Below, one piece after another: positions 51,626 through 64,000 of a stretch of DNA of 64,000 bases. Source of the stretch: Camelus ferus. Lineage: Eukaryota. The position numbers and the translations under genes were made by a program. The notes under the pieces were generated by a model. That model was not told the DNA's origin. It saw only the letters and a program-made list of their open reading frames with translations, and did not search any database. Location: contig NC_045707.1 in NCBI RefSeq assembly GCF_009834535.1, forward strand, positions 45,944,001 through 46,008,000, written 5' to 3'. Position 1 is the first letter of the stretch, and every line of letters starts with the position of its first letter.

Positions 51626-52671
51626 TTCAGCTTGGGTTTGTTTTTTGTTTGCTTCTTTGTCTTTTAATAGGAAGAGAACCACTTTGCACTGCACAGATAT
51701 TATGCCATCTTGAGTTCCCCTGTTAGCATGTTATTTACCCATGAATTCATTCAACAAATGTTTACCAAATAGCTGCAAGGTGCTAGGCACTGTATGAGGC
51801 ACTAGGCCCTGTTGGACAAAATAGACATGGGTTCTGTCCTTATAGTGCTTACTATTTAGTTGACGAGACAAGGAAGAAAGATAAAAATATGCATCACTGC
51901 AAATTGTGATAAGTTCTCTGGAGAAATGAACAAGGACAATAACAAGAATAATAATAACAGTGTGGAATTTTATCATTCGCTGTTTTAGGGAGCAGCATAG
52001 TGTGAAGGATTAAGAAGTGAACTCTGAGTCCTGAGGAGATTATATTATCTCTGCCATTTCTAAACCATTTGACCTTGGACAAGTTGGGTTCAATCTCTCA
52101 GTGCCTCAGGTCCTGAACTGTAAGCTACAGATAATAATATTAGTACTTACTTCAAAGGGTTATTGTAAAGATTACGTGATAGGGTCCATGAAAAGTATTT
52201 GGAATGCTGCCTGTCAGCAAATGTATTAATTCCATATCTACTCACTGTGGGCTATCTATTTTACTTACAACAAGCCACAGTTGGAATATTCAGCCAGTAT
52301 AACCATTGACAACACAGGGGCCAACTGTCTGCTTCCTGATGTTCTTGACCACAGAAACCTATCCCTCAAGATCCAGAGCCAGATAGCCTCCTCTCCTGGC
52401 AAGCCTCTAGTTTCCCATCAGTCGCTGCCCATGCCCTTCCTTCTTTGAGCCAGGAGGCTGTGGTGTGAGAACAGAGGCTTCAAACGGGACACATCTCTCT
52501 CTACCCTATTTATCAGCCAAATGATCTTAGACAAATTACTTACCTCTCTAAGCCTCAAGTTTTCCCCTCTGTAAGGCACATCAGGAGTTTTTGCAATGAT
52601 TGCAGATAATGTGTCTAAGGTACCTTTATCAGCATCTGGACCATGGTAGCCAGTCAATCAATGAATCAATC

Positions 52672-53200
52672 TTTTTTTTATGGTGAAAAGTATATTTAGA
52701 ATTAGCCAGCTGGATTCAGCTTACATGACCCCAATTTTGTTGACAACATCCAAAGCATCACAGTCAGGCGCCAGTCAAACAGATGCCCTCTTTGCTCCAT
52801 CAGGCCCAGTCAGAGTGTTGACCTTGGTTGGCCTCGTCAGTGTCATAGAGCTTCTTCCCCGCCTGTCTGATCTGGTGCCTGTTGGCCTTGGCACCCACAG
52901 TGAGCGCAAGTGTGCCATCCTCTGTCTTCTTCATGGCTGATTTGGTGGTGGGGGGAACTTGGTAATGAGGTAGTGGTCAAACTTATTTCTCTTAGGGGTG
53001 CTCTTCCTAGGGTATTTGGGCTGCCTTCAAAGCTGCAGTGTCTTGGGCTGTCAGAAGGTGGGTGATGTGTGGATTTTTTTTTGTGTGGCTGTGGATACCT
53101 TTCAGCACTGCTTTCTTTTCAATGCGTTTGCTTTGGCTTTGGCTTTGGGGTAGGGGACAGGGGTTTCCTTCCTCACTTGTGGCAGCAACTCCATGAAAAG
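52672..53200 (-). pseudogene. RPL23A: Processed pseudogene of ribosomal protein L23a
   Basis: Intronless. The minus strand reads KAVLKGIHSH..., [18 protein letters not shown]..., [16 protein letters not shown]..., DALDVVNKIGVM-stop(52723-52721), followed by a 3'UTR and an A tract at 52672-52679. The 5' end has cttttc. The start is mutated to TTG (53188), there are several TGA stops at Arg codons, and a 4-nt insertion (gccaACCAag). Confidence 0.95.
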
Positions 53201-54019
53201 CTAGAAATAAATAAAATTGATATGAGCATTTACAATGTTGTCCTGTTAAATTGATGTTTATCTAGTCTAGAAAATTTTAAGCTGGTAGGATATCTACCTG
53301 TTGCAGCCCTAAAAATGATAACAAAAGAGAGGTGGGCACTACTGTTATCCCCGTATTACAGGTAAAGAAACCGAGATACAGACCAATGAAGTAAGCTGCC
53401 CAAGGTTACAGCGGGTCACGGATAGCACTTGAAAAAGGATATTTTAATCTCTTTTCAATACCTTTTGCTGGGTGGGAGTTTTACTCCAGAAGCTGGGCAA
53501 TGAGTGTGCTGTGAAAATGTTACCCTTGCTGAATTAGCAAACTTCATTCATCAAGGAATTCTTTTTTTTTCACACTTGCAGAAACATTCTTTCCTAACTG
53601 CTGTTTATATTTGATTTTGTTTATGCCGACTTGGTTTTGTTTTTCCTCTGATGGATAGAAGTTTTACATTTTGATGCAGTAAAGCCTGCTGATCTTTTCC
53701 TTTGTGGTTTTTTTCTCCTTACATCCAGGCTTAAAAAAACCATCCTCCTTTGAGAATGATGATAAATATTTAACTAGATCTTCTTCCAATTTTTCAATGT
53801 TTAATTTTTTAAAATTATTATTTACTTTTATCCATCTTGAATTGCTTTTGTCTGTGGAAAAATTAAGACTCATTACATTTAGATTTAACTCTGCCAGAGA
53901 AACTACTTATTTCAAACAGGCTTGGAGAAAGCTAATGCATGGAACTGACCCCCAAGAAAGATTCCTTAATACAAGGCTACTGAGGTTCTAGACAGAGGTT
54001 GATTATCACAGGCAGTTGA

Positions 54020-54465
54020 GTTTATTTCGCAGCGCCTGGTGCACTGACCACGTGCCTTCTCCTGGCTCGTGCACCCATCCCCCAGGAGCTGTGAGTTTTG
54101 GCTGCTAAACATTCGCAGCTGCTCCCTTCTCCAAAGCATTGCCCTCAGCCCAAAGGAATTGCCCCCACCCAGGAAACTGCACCTACTCTTGGTCATAACC
54201 AGCAGCCAGGGACTGATTGACACAGGTACAAGATGCTGGCCCCCTTGCCTCAAGGTGAGATCAACTCTGAGATATGGTCTATGCTGTGGAGCTCCCCGTG
54301 GAATCACCCTGAAGCTCATCCCCAGCTGAGACCCTCCCTTTGCTTAACTCCTCCTCCTGACCTGTCCTCCCTCACTCCCTTTTACCAGAGGGTCCTCCTT
54401 CCAGAAAACACAACCACCCCAATCCCTGTCTCAGGCTCTGCTTCAAGAGAATGTGATCTGAGACA
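54020..54465 (+). mobile_element. LTR16-like ERVL LTR
   Basis: ttggctgctaa...cagctgctcccttctcc...attgccctcagcc, ending aatccctgtctcaggctctgcttc...tgagaca. Confidence 0.7.
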
Positions 54466-56894
54466 GTAAGAAAAATCTAATTTCCTTTACCAAACATCCT
54501 AATACACATAATTTATAATCTAATACATGTAACAAACATGTCTCACAAACTTTGCAGACATTATAGATTCAAGATTAAAGATTGTATTTTTGAGAGTTTA
54601 AAGAAATGTGTAATAAACTGTTAACTATATTGGAGAGTTTTTACCCTCAAATATCGAAACTGTAGTGATCAGGATTATTGGAGATAAGAATTTTTGAACT
54701 TAAGATACTTGACCCACCTGGATGACAGTTATTGTTCCTTGTTTTTCTGAGGTTTCTGGAGTGTAAATATTCTCTAATCCCCTTTCATCATCTTACTGAG
54801 AAGAGTAACATAACCCCAGGTTTTTGAATTCCTCATGTCCTTTTTTGTCCATGAGATTTTCATTTCAAGCCTTCCCATTAAATACCTTGTGTTACCTATA
54901 GTCCTTTTAGCTTCAAAGAGGAATCAAAATATTTCCACAGTGCCATGAATTCATTTCATTCTTCAGATGGTACCCAGCACCAGCTATGGAATAATCCTTC
55001 TCTTCCCCCACAGTGATTCTTTTTTCCAAGGCAATAACACTTGGATCCCAGCATTTCATTTTCTTTTTCATTCCCAGCTTGGCCTCTAAGGATTTTGATT
55101 ATTCTCTAACTCATGTCTGAAGAAGCAGAGACGCTGTAACTTGCTGGAAGTGGCCAGGTTTCATGCTATGAATCCAAACTTCCAGAGATGCTGTTGATTC
55201 TTCCCAGCCCCAGGGCAGCCCCTCAGTCTGTGTGGACTCAGCTGCTTATGCTGGTGTCACTGATCTGTCAAACGATGGCCCGTCCCTCAGTCTTTCGAAG
55301 TTCTGTCTCACTCCACTGGTTTATTGAGAACGAACACGGCATGTAATGTGTTTTGAAAATGAACTCTTAACACTCCTGGGCCTTGCTTTGGGTTCTTCCC
55401 TCTGTTCAAACAGAACAGCTGGAGGATGGTTGAATGTTTATTTGCTGTTTTGATTTCGATTGTTTCTCTTTTCCTAAGATCTCAAGAGTACTGTTCAAAA
55501 CCTTCCTAAGCAACACCCGGGAGGAACATAAGAGGAGTGGGGGAGGGAGGAGAGAGCTGAGGAATGAAAGGGTTAGTGGAGGAAGTGGAGGGAGCAGGAA
55601 CAAAGGCTAGTGAGTTTCTTGGATTGACTGTGGATCTGGCCCTTACTTTCTGAGTGCTGAGCATTTCTCCCATTTCTCCCAGTCGGGACCTCTCCTCCCT
55701 GCTTCTCATCCTTCAATCCACAGGGCTGTGCAAAGAGAAAGGTGTGAACAAAGCAACAAATTGGGCTTTGGAGTTAGTTACGCCTGGCTTTGGATCCACC
55801 GCTTTTTATCTACTGACCTTCAAAAGGTTACTTATGTGCTCTTATATCTTGTGACGTGCAGCATATCATCTGGTCTTTGTTTTAGGTGGATTCATGTTAG
55901 ATGGACTTTTTCCAAAACTAGTTAGATGAGGAAATTATCCTAAACTTACAGATACCCCCGCCCTTAATTACCTAGGCAATGTGGTTTATGCTGCCAAGGC
56001 CCTGCATTTTGGAGGCCAAAAAAAGGGACATTTGATCATCTTACCCCAACCACAGGTCATTCACCCTGTCAAGGGCACCTGCCTTAACAATGGCCTCCCA
56101 GGGTTGTCGTTAGGGTCAAATGAAGTAGAAGATGATTTAGGTACTATTGTTACGAGCATCTCCTTGTTATAGCTGTGTAGTCTGAGGCCAGAAATATTAA
56201 CTTGTCTAAGATCACACAGCTAGTAATTGACATAGCTGGGATTTGAACTCAGGCCACAGGAGATCTACATTTATAGTAAATTGTAAAAAGGAAATAAAAT
56301 TATGGGACTATGTTATTTTCTCCTATATTTAAGGTTAGGTTACTTATTTTGCATCTAAGCAATTTTCTTAGAAGGAAAAGAAGGAAATCTTTTGCTGACT
56401 TTTTTTTCCATAATATTTCTCCAAAAAATATAAGGATACATAATATTTCATACTCAAATTTCCCAGCATGATCAAGATACGAATATTTTTACAAAATTAT
56501 TTGAGGGCTTCATCAGTTTTCCCAAGGGACTTTTCCTAAGCCTCTGATATTCAAATAATTTTCTTTTGAAGTGCCTGGGCAACCGGTTTGATTGTATTTG
56601 CACTGCAGACTCACACAATTAGCAAGAGGCACTCTGGCAAAATGAGTCATAAGAGGACATATACTAGCATTAAGAGGAGAAATGTTTTTCAAGTGGGGAC
56701 TAATTTGATATTAGTGAATATTTTTCTCTTAAGATGACCTTTGCTTCCTTATGCAACCTGACAATAGCAGGGACTTAGATAATGAAGTCTGAGCTAATGA
56801 GGACCCTCTGGCATTTCACAGACATTAACTGTCCTGCCTTTTTTAGAGAATGACTGTAGCTTAGCTGATTTGATAAGGGTACTTGGTGAATCAC

Positions 56895-57462
56895 AGAGGC
56901 AGACAGACTATAAGATGGCCCCAACGATCTTTGCCTCCTAGTATGTTCTTGTGTAATTCTCTCCCTCTGAGTAGTGGGTAAGCCTTGTGACTTGCCTCTA
57001 ATCAACAGGTAATGGGATGTATATGATTCATGTACATCAGTATATTACATAAGATTTTAATGTCCATCATACTAACAGACCCTCTTCCTTGCTGGCTTAG
57101 ATGAAACAAATGGCCATGTTGCAAACCTCCCTAAGGAGAGGTCTACATGGCAGAAACCAGTGGGTAACCTCCAACTGAGAGCTAGCAAGAAAATGGGGCC
57201 CTCAGTCCAGCAGCCCTCAAGCAGTTGAATTCTTGCAACAACCATGTGAACTTATAAGTGCATCCTTCCTCAGTCAAACCTTGAGCTAAGTCTGCAGCCT
57301 TGGCCAAGACTGTGATTGCAGCTTTCAGATGAGACCCTGGAGAAGAGACTCACCAAAGCCTTTCCTGGACTCCTGACTCACAGAAACCATGAGACAAGTG
57401 TGTGTTGTTCTAAGCTGCTAAATTTGAAGCAATTTGTTATCCAGAAATAGATAATTAGTAAT
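56895..57462 (+). mobile_element. MLT1E/F-like LTR
   Basis: taagatggccccaacgatc...ttcttgcaacaaccatgtga...ctcctgactcacagaaacc...taagctgctaaattt. Confidence 0.8.
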
Positions 57463-57614
57463 ACTATTTTCATATTGAAAATCAATGATCATTTATTCTA
57501 GTATTTACTGAGAGAATCCCATGTGCAGAATCTTGTTCCTGCTCTGGGGATACTGTGGTGAACAAGAGAGAAAATGTATTTCCATGGGGCTTACAATCTA
57601 ATGAAATGGATAAC

Positions 57615-58370
57615 TGTGATATGGTGATTGATGTTAAGAAATATACATTTGGTCTTCATCCCAGGTTCCTGGCACAGAGTTCCTAAACCCTTGGAATTTC
57701 CTGAGTGACAGGAGAGTCTTTTGTTCTTCATAAAGAACCTTCTGAGCACAACTGTATTTTTATGAATGAGGTGACTTAGGGTGGGGCCCTTAGATAGCTT
57801 CAGGATCTGGCTGGTCACCAGAAAACCCATGTGATTAGAAGGTTGGCACTTTCAGCTCCACTAACCGACCTCCGGGAAGGGGAGGTAGGGTGTGCTGATT
57901 AAGCATTGTAGAAACTGTTAAACCACAAGATTTAAAGAGCTTCTGGGCTGATGGATACATCCACATGCCAGGAGGTTGGTGCTCTCCAGTTCCACGGGAA
58001 CAGAAGCTCCTGAGCTTGGACCTCTTCGTGTGTATCCTTTAGAATATCCTTTCTAGTAAACTGATAAATGTAAGCAAAGGTCTCCCTGAGTTCTGTGAGC
58101 TGTGCTAGCAAGTTAATCAAACCTGAGGAGGGGGTAGTGGGAACCTTTGATTTATAGCCTGTCAGAGGCACAGGTGACAGCAAGTACTCCTGATTGGTGT
58201 CGAGCGGGGACAGTCATGCAGGACTGAGCCCTTAACCTGTGGGATCTGACACTCTCTCAGGTAGATAGTGTCAGAACTGAGTTAAATTTGTAGGACACCC
58301 AGTTAGTCTCCTCTGAGAACTGGAGAATTACGTGGTGGTGGTGGAAAAAACACATTGGAATGATGTTAAA
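57615..58370 (+). mobile_element. MER21-like ERVL LTR
   Basis: ttcctggcacagagttcctaaacccttggaatttcctgagtga...ggactgagcccttaacctgtgggatctgac...gtagatagtgtcagaa. Confidence 0.8.
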
Positions 58371-61300
58371 CAAATAATTATTACATGAACTCTGCACTTT
58401 AATTCTACCATCCGCATTTAGGTCTGTATGACTAATTGGATAATGAATGTATGGCCTCTGAACTTCACATGCGCAGGCCACCAGTGAGACTCAGTCTCAG
58501 CCAACTCAGCAAGAAGTTGACGCCTCTTCCAGTTGTTTAATCTGAATCCAGAATTTTTGATGAGAGCACCTGTAAGGTGAACTTGATCCAATCTAAAATT
58601 ATGGCCTTCCCTTCCCAACCCTCTCAGAATACTTCCCCTGATCCAGAGATGTTTCTGGTGTGTTGGCCTTCTCTTTCCCGGTCTGATTGTGATCTCAGGG
58701 CCTGCTACAATCGGATTCCCGCCGTGGGTCTGGAGTCAATGCGCAGAGGTAGGGGTGGGCCATGAGGACACCCCCTGGCAAAGTGACCAACGAGTGGAGC
58801 TGATGTCTTCAAGCAAGACGGGGCCAACCTCATCAGAGTGGGAGGAGGGGCTGCTTGTGTTGGCGCAGCAAGCTCTGTGAGTTCTGGGGCTTTAGATTCT
58901 TGGGATTATCTCCAAAATATGTTCATTCCAGTATTCAGGGAAAGAACCACTTTTTCCCAATAAATGCCCTGAAAGACCTAGTGAGACTAGGATTCAATCT
59001 ACTTAATAATTCATCAATCTTTCAGGCTCTGTCTGACTTTTTGGCTTCATTAGTCCCATACCTACATGAGATAAAAGAGTATTTTAGGGAAGTCACAGAA
59101 ACTCTCATTCACTGACCTTGCTTTGAAGTGAGAATTTAAATTCCTATGCCTGTGATTTTTTTTCCTTAAGTGTTATCGTGCAGTTAGATGGAACTCCACA
59201 CCTTTATGTTCCTTCCCCCTTCACCTGCCAGAGCCTCACGTTCACTGGCATTTCATTCTGTGTGACTAAAGATGATCATTTTGGTGTTTTGCTGCTGGGC
59301 ACCAGGGACTAATATGAACACAACCCATGATCTAATCAAAATACAATTTTATATTTACCTCCCACCAACTCTTTATTCTTCATTCAGGGATGGAGGAGGA
59401 GAAGCGATCTTCCTCTACCCCCAGGTGAACTTCTGACAGCTTCTCTGTCTTCTCTTGCTCTCCCCGACTGACTACCTTCACCTCCACCTGGTAGCTGTCA
59501 GTTCTGTTTCCCTCAGTCAAAGGTAGGGTGAGCTGAAAGGGAAGGAAGTAAGTCAGTTATTATGGATCTGGTGGCTTCATGTTGTCTGAGCCTTGCAGGT
59601 GATTAAAGCTGGTGACCCCCGGGGGCCCATAGGATTCTTCTCTCCGGGCCCGTCTCTCCTGCAGTTCCCTTGATTCAAGTGGACGGATCTATTCTTGGTG
59701 GTTCCTTCCAACTCTTTCCTCAACCCCTAGATGTCCCCCCATGCACACTCAGCTTTTCTCATTGAAATCCTTCTAAAAAGACCTATTGTTAGGATCCAAG
59801 GCTTTCTTCTATGTAACCTGCGTGTGGTCCTGGAAAATCTCATCCCTTGCCCCAGCAAACTCTAGGAGGACCTGATGATCCCAACTTATGGCAGACACCC
59901 TGGTTCCTCTATCTCCAAAGCACTTAACCAGCCCTTCTTAACATTCTGTATTTTGCAGGAGGAACTGGACTGCAGTCCACGACCTGATGGAGCTTTCTTG
60001 ATCATTAGTCAGGCCCCAGTCTTCTGTGTCATCCAACTGCAAGGGACGCATTTCAAAACTTAGCCAGTGGTCTATTGGAAATTCTCTCACTAGGCTTGAG
60101 GTGGGGATATAGCGCCTCCCACCTCTTACCCATGTCCAAAGGGGAAAGAACTTAAAGCAGAGTAAGAGCATCTTCAGAAAGATCTCCTCAACCGTCTTCT
60201 CCAAATGCTCTCTCTGACCCCTTTTTACATCCTTGATTTCTCTGAAAGCCCAGGAGATGTGGGACAAGTTCTTCTTCATGCCTGATAAGTCCTGCCTGGC
60301 AGTGGGGAGGCTGGAGTGTGTGGGCTGGCCTTACCCTAATTTTGGCATCCTGATATATAATCTGTTGATGCAGCTGTCTAAACTGGGGAAGAAACAGTAT
60401 CATCCTAACTTACATTGCAATTGTTTTCGTGACTCCTTTACCCACTGGGTGCCAGTGTTTTACCTGCATCTCATCCTTACTGCATTCTTATCCAACCAGG
60501 TCACCTAGTCAATCCCACATTCCCAGTACCTTGGGGTCTCTTTCAGAGAAAGGATCCATTCCTGCTAGTTTCAGTAGAAATTTATTACGTAGTATTAACC
60601 AGAATTTTTGGGAGGGCCAAGGAACAAAGCCTGCATGTCACACAGTGAGAAGCAAAGCGGCCAGGAAGAACGTCCAACTGCATCACAAAAGTCCAAACAC
60701 ACCAGAGGGATATTCAGCAGAAATCCTGCTGTGGCTGCAAGGTGATGCGCAGTATCTATAAAGCCTGAACTGCCCACCAGGACCCCCATTACAGTTTTTG
60801 CACAAAGGCAAATGCCCCATATCCATACTTAGTAGGAGAACAGCATGTCTGTAGCTTTTTGCCTTAATCCCAATTCTTGCTTAAGTTTAGGGTTCGTTGG
60901 AAGATAGTCAAATGTCTATATCCCAGCAGCAAAGGGGTTTAAGATGTGTGTTGTCTTCGTTTGTGTCTATCTGTGGAAAAGGGAATCCACAATATTGAAG
61001 AGCTACAAAGACAAGACTTGGGGCAGACACAAATGACAAACGTCCATTAACGAAACCCTTATGAAAAAAAGTTTATGGTCCCAATCAATAAACTATTTTG
61101 ACTATATAAAACAAACAAATAAACAAAAAACCCTTTTATTTAACTTCTGAATTTTGTGTATAATACCTATTCAAAATATGAATGAAAAATTAAAATCCAC
61201 TTTTTTGAGGCTCTTCCTTTGGGCCATCTTTCTTATTCTCACTCTTCCTAGGCTGTTTGAGGTCTTCTAATATCTTGTATTGTCATTATTCTTTAGCACT

Positions 61301-61569
61301 GTTGATTGTTTTGATTGACCTTTTGATAGTCTTTGACTTCATGTAGTTCTTGTGTTGTTATAAAGACAAATGAGGTAAAGCATTTAAAACACTTAGCACA
61401 GTGCTTGGCATAGAGTAGGTAACTGATACTGGTAATCCTCCCACTTCTCCTTTCTCTAATATTATTGCCTACGGTTGTTATTCAATTCTTGATTGTAAAG
61501 AACTCACTAAGATGTAGTAGGTGCATTTGAGGGGTTTTCCAGTGAATGGCCCCACAACTTAAGCATGAT

Positions 61570-62390
61570 TGTAATGTTATGATTTATAATGAGAAATAAA
61601 TGTTTGGTCTTTGTCCCCATTTCTGGCACCGAGCTCCTAAAACTCTTGGATTTTCCTAAGTGATGAGAGTGATAAAGTTGTCTTAATAGTCATAACAAAC
61701 CCTTTTGAACCATGCATGAGTTTGTATTAATGAAGTGACTTCTGGAAAGCACCTAAGGATAGGGGGTGGTTGCTGAGGGAACAGACCATGTAATTAGAGG
61801 GTTGGAACTTGCAGTCCCACCCCCTGATTTCTGGGGAGGAGAGAGGGACTGGAGGTTTAATCATTTGCCAGTGATTTCATCAAGCATGCTTATATAATGA
61901 AGCCTTCATAAAAATCCAAAAGGATGGGATTTGGAGAGTTTCCAGGTTGGTGAACACATGGAAGTGCTGAAGAGTGGTGTGCCCAGAGAACATGGAAAAC
62001 CGAGCCCCCTTCCTCACACCTTGTCCTGTGAATCTCTTCCACCTGGCTGTTCCTGAGTTATATCCTTTTATTGTAAGCCAGTAATCTAGTAGGTAAAATA
62101 TGTATGTGAGCTGCTCTAGCAATTAATTGAACCCAAGGATTTGGTTGCGGGAGCCCTCGATCTCTAGATAGTAGGTCAGAAACACAGGTGACAACCAGGA
62201 CTTGTGATTGGCATCTGAAGTTGGGCAGTGGGGAGGAGGAAGTCCTTTGGACTGAGCCCTTACACTGTGGGATCTGATACTATCTCCAGGTAGATAGTTC
62301 CAGAAATGAGTTAAATTCTAGGACACCCAGAATCCAGTCAGAGACCGGTGAGAACTGAGGAATTGATCGGTAGTGTAGAAAAAAACACAG
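61570..62390 (+). mobile_element. MER21-like ERVL LTR (second copy)
   Basis: tctggcaccgagctcctaaaactcttgg...ggactgagcccttacactgtgggatctgatac...gtagatagtt. Confidence 0.8.
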
Positions 62391-63364
62391 CAAAGACACT
62401 AATCGAAGCTAAGCCCATTAGACTTTCTAGAGAAGGGGTTTGACACTTGAAAGATAAGATCACATATAGATGGGATCAGAGTTGGTACCAAACAACCCAA
62501 AAACACATGCTAGCTAAAGCAAGGAGGTAGTAGAAGCTGGGAGGCCTATATTTATCCGTTATCACATGTGGCCTCTCTAATCAGTTTGCCTTAAATCCCT
62601 GCCCTGCTACTTCCCAGCTGTGGGATTTTAGGCAAGTTACTTAAGTTCTCCAAGCTTCTGTTAATAGGGGGGAAATTGTATCAACCTCATAAGGGTTTTG
62701 TTAATTGCTTTGAACAATTCCTATCATATAGGAAGTTTGATTTCTGCATTTAGTTTACTTGAATATTTATGTTTGAGAAACAGTTTGATTCCCCAAGTCT
62801 TCATCTTCTGGTGAAGTAATGATCCTGTATTTCACGTCTCCTGAGTGTTATGTCTGTAAACGTAATTAAGATGCTTTAAGAGAAGATTTTTGTAACTAAT
62901 AAGCTTCAGTATGAAACTCAGTATCTCATCACTTATAAGAATGGAAAAGAGCTTGAAGATCATGAAAGCTATATAAGTATCAAGTTGTATCTACTTCAAA
63001 GTTTTCTTTAGACAGTTTCTCTTTAAGGCTAGGTTGACACCCATTCCATGGGTGAATTGATTTGCTCTTAAGTTCAGTCAGGTTAATCCTAACAAGGCTA
63101 TGGAAAGTGTGTCATTTCACAATTGGGTCAAGCACTCTATGTGAAATGCAGAACTAAAAGTAAGCTTATCAAAATATCTGTCTACTTTTTTCCCAAATGA
63201 GCTCAAGAATAACTGACAAGATCTCTGTGGCTAACTACCTAGGGACTCTAATTTTATAAAGGTGACTTTCAGACCTGTAAGCCTGGAATTTAAGCTTTCT
63301 GTTGTCCCTTTCTCTTTTGCTGAATTAATAGGCAATCTCAGCACACTAAATTATAAATGGTTTC

Positions 63365-63657
63365 TTTTTCATATTTTATTTATTTATTTATTTTTTTATT
63401 TTGTATTGAAGTGAAGTTGATTTACATTAGTTTCAGGTGTACAGCAAAGCGATTCAGTTATACATATACATATATGTATATATATATATATTTCATATTA
63501 CTTTCCATTATAATGTATTATAAGAAATTGAATATAGTTCCCTGTGCTATACAGTAGGTCCTTGTGGTTTATCTATTTTATGTATAGTAGTGCATATCTG
63601 TTAATCCCAAGCTTCTAATTTATTCCTCCCTCCCACTTTCCCTTTGATAACCATAGT
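63365..63657 (-). mobile_element. 5'-truncated L1 3'UTR
   Basis: (TTTA)n tail, then attgaagtgaagttgatttac...gttccctgtgctatacagtaggtcc. Same family as the 19.5-kb copy. Confidence 0.88.
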
Positions 63658-64000
63658 TTTAGAAACTACTTCTTTTAGTGGATAACGTTTCATAAATATC
63701 TTCTCAGTTCTAGAGAAGGCTTTGAAGGAAAGTTCCACAGGTAATTCCATCTTGCCCTAGGTTATTTTATTCTTTTTATTTTGGGTTGAAATGGGGCCCC
63801 ATTAATGGTGATAACCCACACTTTGCAGAATTTATCTCACAGCTTGAAGTTTTAGGGCCTCGAGTGCCCCCATTTAAGTCTTGTTCAGTTATTCTTGGGA
63901 TTCCCAGTGGGTGTATTGCAAACCAGTCAGTCCACTACAGTAGCAAAGGGACATTCATGGCTGCTTCTTCCCATGCTCGGACCACCTCCCCTCAGTGATA

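Noticed and set aside
52269..52457. 189-nt minus-strand exon candidate
   Set aside because: All three frames contain stops and the acceptor abuts a MIR.
57615..62390. Two MER21-like LTRs as the ends of one provirus
   Set aside because: The copies differ substantially in sequence and indels, and I found no gag or pol motifs between them.

Overview
Mammalian, AT-rich, repeat-dense genomic DNA. It is probably camelid, judged from five copies of a Vic-1-like tRNA-derived SINE. The + strand carries a complete 4-exon NDUFA12 gene (CDS 3156-3241, 4114-4196, 8283-8370, 25594-25774; 145 aa) with a CpG-island promoter showing NRF1, ETS/GABP, Sp1 and CCAAT motifs. Other recognisable features are a processed RPL23A pseudogene (52672-53200, -), a decayed ERVL provirus just past the NDUFA12 3' end, a 5'-inverted (twin-primed) L1 in intron 3, and many L1, L2, MIR, MLT, MER and LTR relics. 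The most interesting unexplained signal is a series of minus-strand, splice-site-bounded, phase-compatible segments between about 28.7 and 61 kb. They look like an unannotated multi-exon gene or a decayed unitary pseudogene converging on NDUFA12, and I could not assign them to a protein family. Repeat family names come from recalled consensus sequences and repeat boundaries are approximate. No database searches were run.
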